Shown here: in pieces, positions 62,521 to 64,000 of the stretch
Layout of the letters: each line of letters opens with the position of its first letter
How positions within the stretch are numbered: the stretch's first letter is position 1
Assembly (NCBI RefSeq): GCF_963921235.1
Contig: NC_086097.1
Span: 147,810,001-147,874,000 of the forward strand
Source: Mobula hypostoma
Taxonomy: Eukaryota
Direction of reading: 5' to 3'
Length of the DNA stretch: 64,000 bases
The notes under the pieces: generated by a model
The model's database searches: none
What the model was told of the DNA's origin: nothing
What the model saw: the letters and a program-made list of their open reading frames with translations, nothing else
Position numbers and translations under genes: made by a program

Positions 62521-63047
62521 AGCTAACATGTCGTAACTTCTTTGATCCTGAATTCTAAATTCTAATCCTTTCTTAAATCTGTATGAGAAATTGTAGTCCA
62601 TATGGAACCTCAAGTCTGGCACACAATTTAGTTTTATTGCTAATCCAGTTCATTATCAACTTTCTCTCCTGATCTTTGTGTCTTCCATTCTTTTTAGTGC
62701 TTTATCATGTAAATGGATCTCAGCTTTGAACATACTCAGCAACTGAGCAGCCATAACCCTCTGTAGTGAAGAATTCTGAAAATGCTATACAGAAATTCTT
62801 CATCATCTGACTATTGGGATGACCAAAGCCAACATCTTCAGTTCCCGTCACATGCAGTGTTCCTCAGCTATTGATTCCATCCTCTCCATGGCAATAGCGT
62901 GAAACTGAACTGGACTGTGTGCAACTTTAGTATCATATTTGATCCCAAATTGAATTTTGCATCACGATTCCGTCATCTCTCAAATTCTTCTTTTTTTTTT
63001 GCATGTCATCTCACTCATTTCCCTGACTATAACCCCCTGAAACATGC

Positions 63048-63258
63048 ACAAGAGACTGTAGACGCTGGAATCTGAAACAACAATGTGCTAGAGGAACTTA
63101 GAGTCATGCAGCATCTACCGGAGGAAAGAAATTGGTTAATGTTTTAGGTTGAAACATCAGACATGATGCAGGGTTTCAACTTTGAAATGTCAGTAAGTTC
63201 TTTCCTCCTACAGATGCTGCATGACCTGCTGAGTTCCTCCAGCACATTATTTTTTGAC
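63048..63258. mobile_element. Short hairpin element from Penelope-like termini
   Basis: tgtgctagaggaactta..tcatgcagcatcta..ggaggaaagaa opposite ttctttcctcc..agatgctgcatga..gagttcctccagcaca. Confidence 0.7.
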
Positions 63259-63626
63259 TATTACCATTACACTTTTAGCCAGTTCCCTCATTTTATTTGC
63301 CATATCTTTGAGCACAACCAAATTGGCTTTCAATCCTAACTCTCACTAAGCCTCATTCACCCAAATAGTTGCTGAACCGTAAGAACTGACAGGTAGGCAA
63401 TCCTTTAATGTTTTAAACTGCTCCATAGCATTCTCCTATTCTTTGATCTGTCCACTTTCCAGTGAAGTGCCTCAGAGAAATTACCATATTAATGTTCTAA
63501 TATGAAGCTTATTCCGAAACTTTTATATATAACAAGTGGCTTTAGATAAGTCTGACAGAGTGAGAGTTGCCACTTCATGGTAAAATCTTTATAATATCAC
63601 ATTTATTAAAGCAGCAATCTGTAAGG

Positions 63627-63987
63627 TGGGAGGTGGGGTGGAGATATGTCTCCACCAAAGGAGATGTAAGGAGCACCTTCCTTCTGCTAGCCTGCAGGTC
63701 ACCCTTGGGTAAGGTGTAGCACCTGATCAGCCCCCTGATCAGAGTCATGTGGAGCCATGGGAGCAGGTGGTAGATGGTCATATGAGCAGCTGGTGTATAT
63801 CACAAGTCTTAGTTGACCACTGACACCAGGCAATCTCTGAAGAGTATTGATAATGGCTGGGGTCACCCATCTTGTAAAGACACTGCCCAGAAAAATGGCA
63901 GACCACTTAATTTGCCAAGAACAATCATGGTCATCGAAAGACCATGATAATCTATGTCGTACAACACGGCACATGATGATGATGAAG
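63627..63987 (+). mobile_element. Short retroposon with RTE-like 3' end and (TGA)n tail
   Basis: aatggcagaccactt..catggtcatcg.. then tgatgatgatga. Near-TSD aatctgtaagg (63616-63626) / aacctgtaagg (63988-63998). Confidence 0.65.
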
Positions 63988-64000
63988 AACCTGTAAGGAT

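Overview
Eukaryotic (vertebrate) non-coding DNA. The repeat landscape (CR1 LINEs, Neptune-type Penelope-like elements, Rex1/Babar, V-domain tRNA SINEs) suggests a cartilaginous fish, probably a ray; this is inference. I find no supportable host protein-coding exon, and every informative ORF is a transposable-element relic. Roughly half of the window is TE-derived: many CR1 copies (one young, 9837-12208), a young Penelope-like element (36284-39446) with an intact minimal hammerhead ribozyme motif, older and inverted Penelope copies and short Penelope-terminus hairpins, a fold-back Tc1 made of two right halves, a Tigger/pogo relic with an internal palindrome, several hAT-Charlie non-autonomous elements (one chimeric), a non-autonomous Helitron with clean boundaries, BEL/Pao, L2, R4/Dong and Rex1/Babar fragments, and several SINEs, often nested. 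TE-free islands rich in homeodomain-type motifs may be conserved non-coding elements of a large intron or gene desert (unverified). I cannot demonstrate a wholly new biological system. The best leads are the Penelope hammerhead/hairpin family, the fold-back Tc1, the mosaic hAT family and the Helitron.
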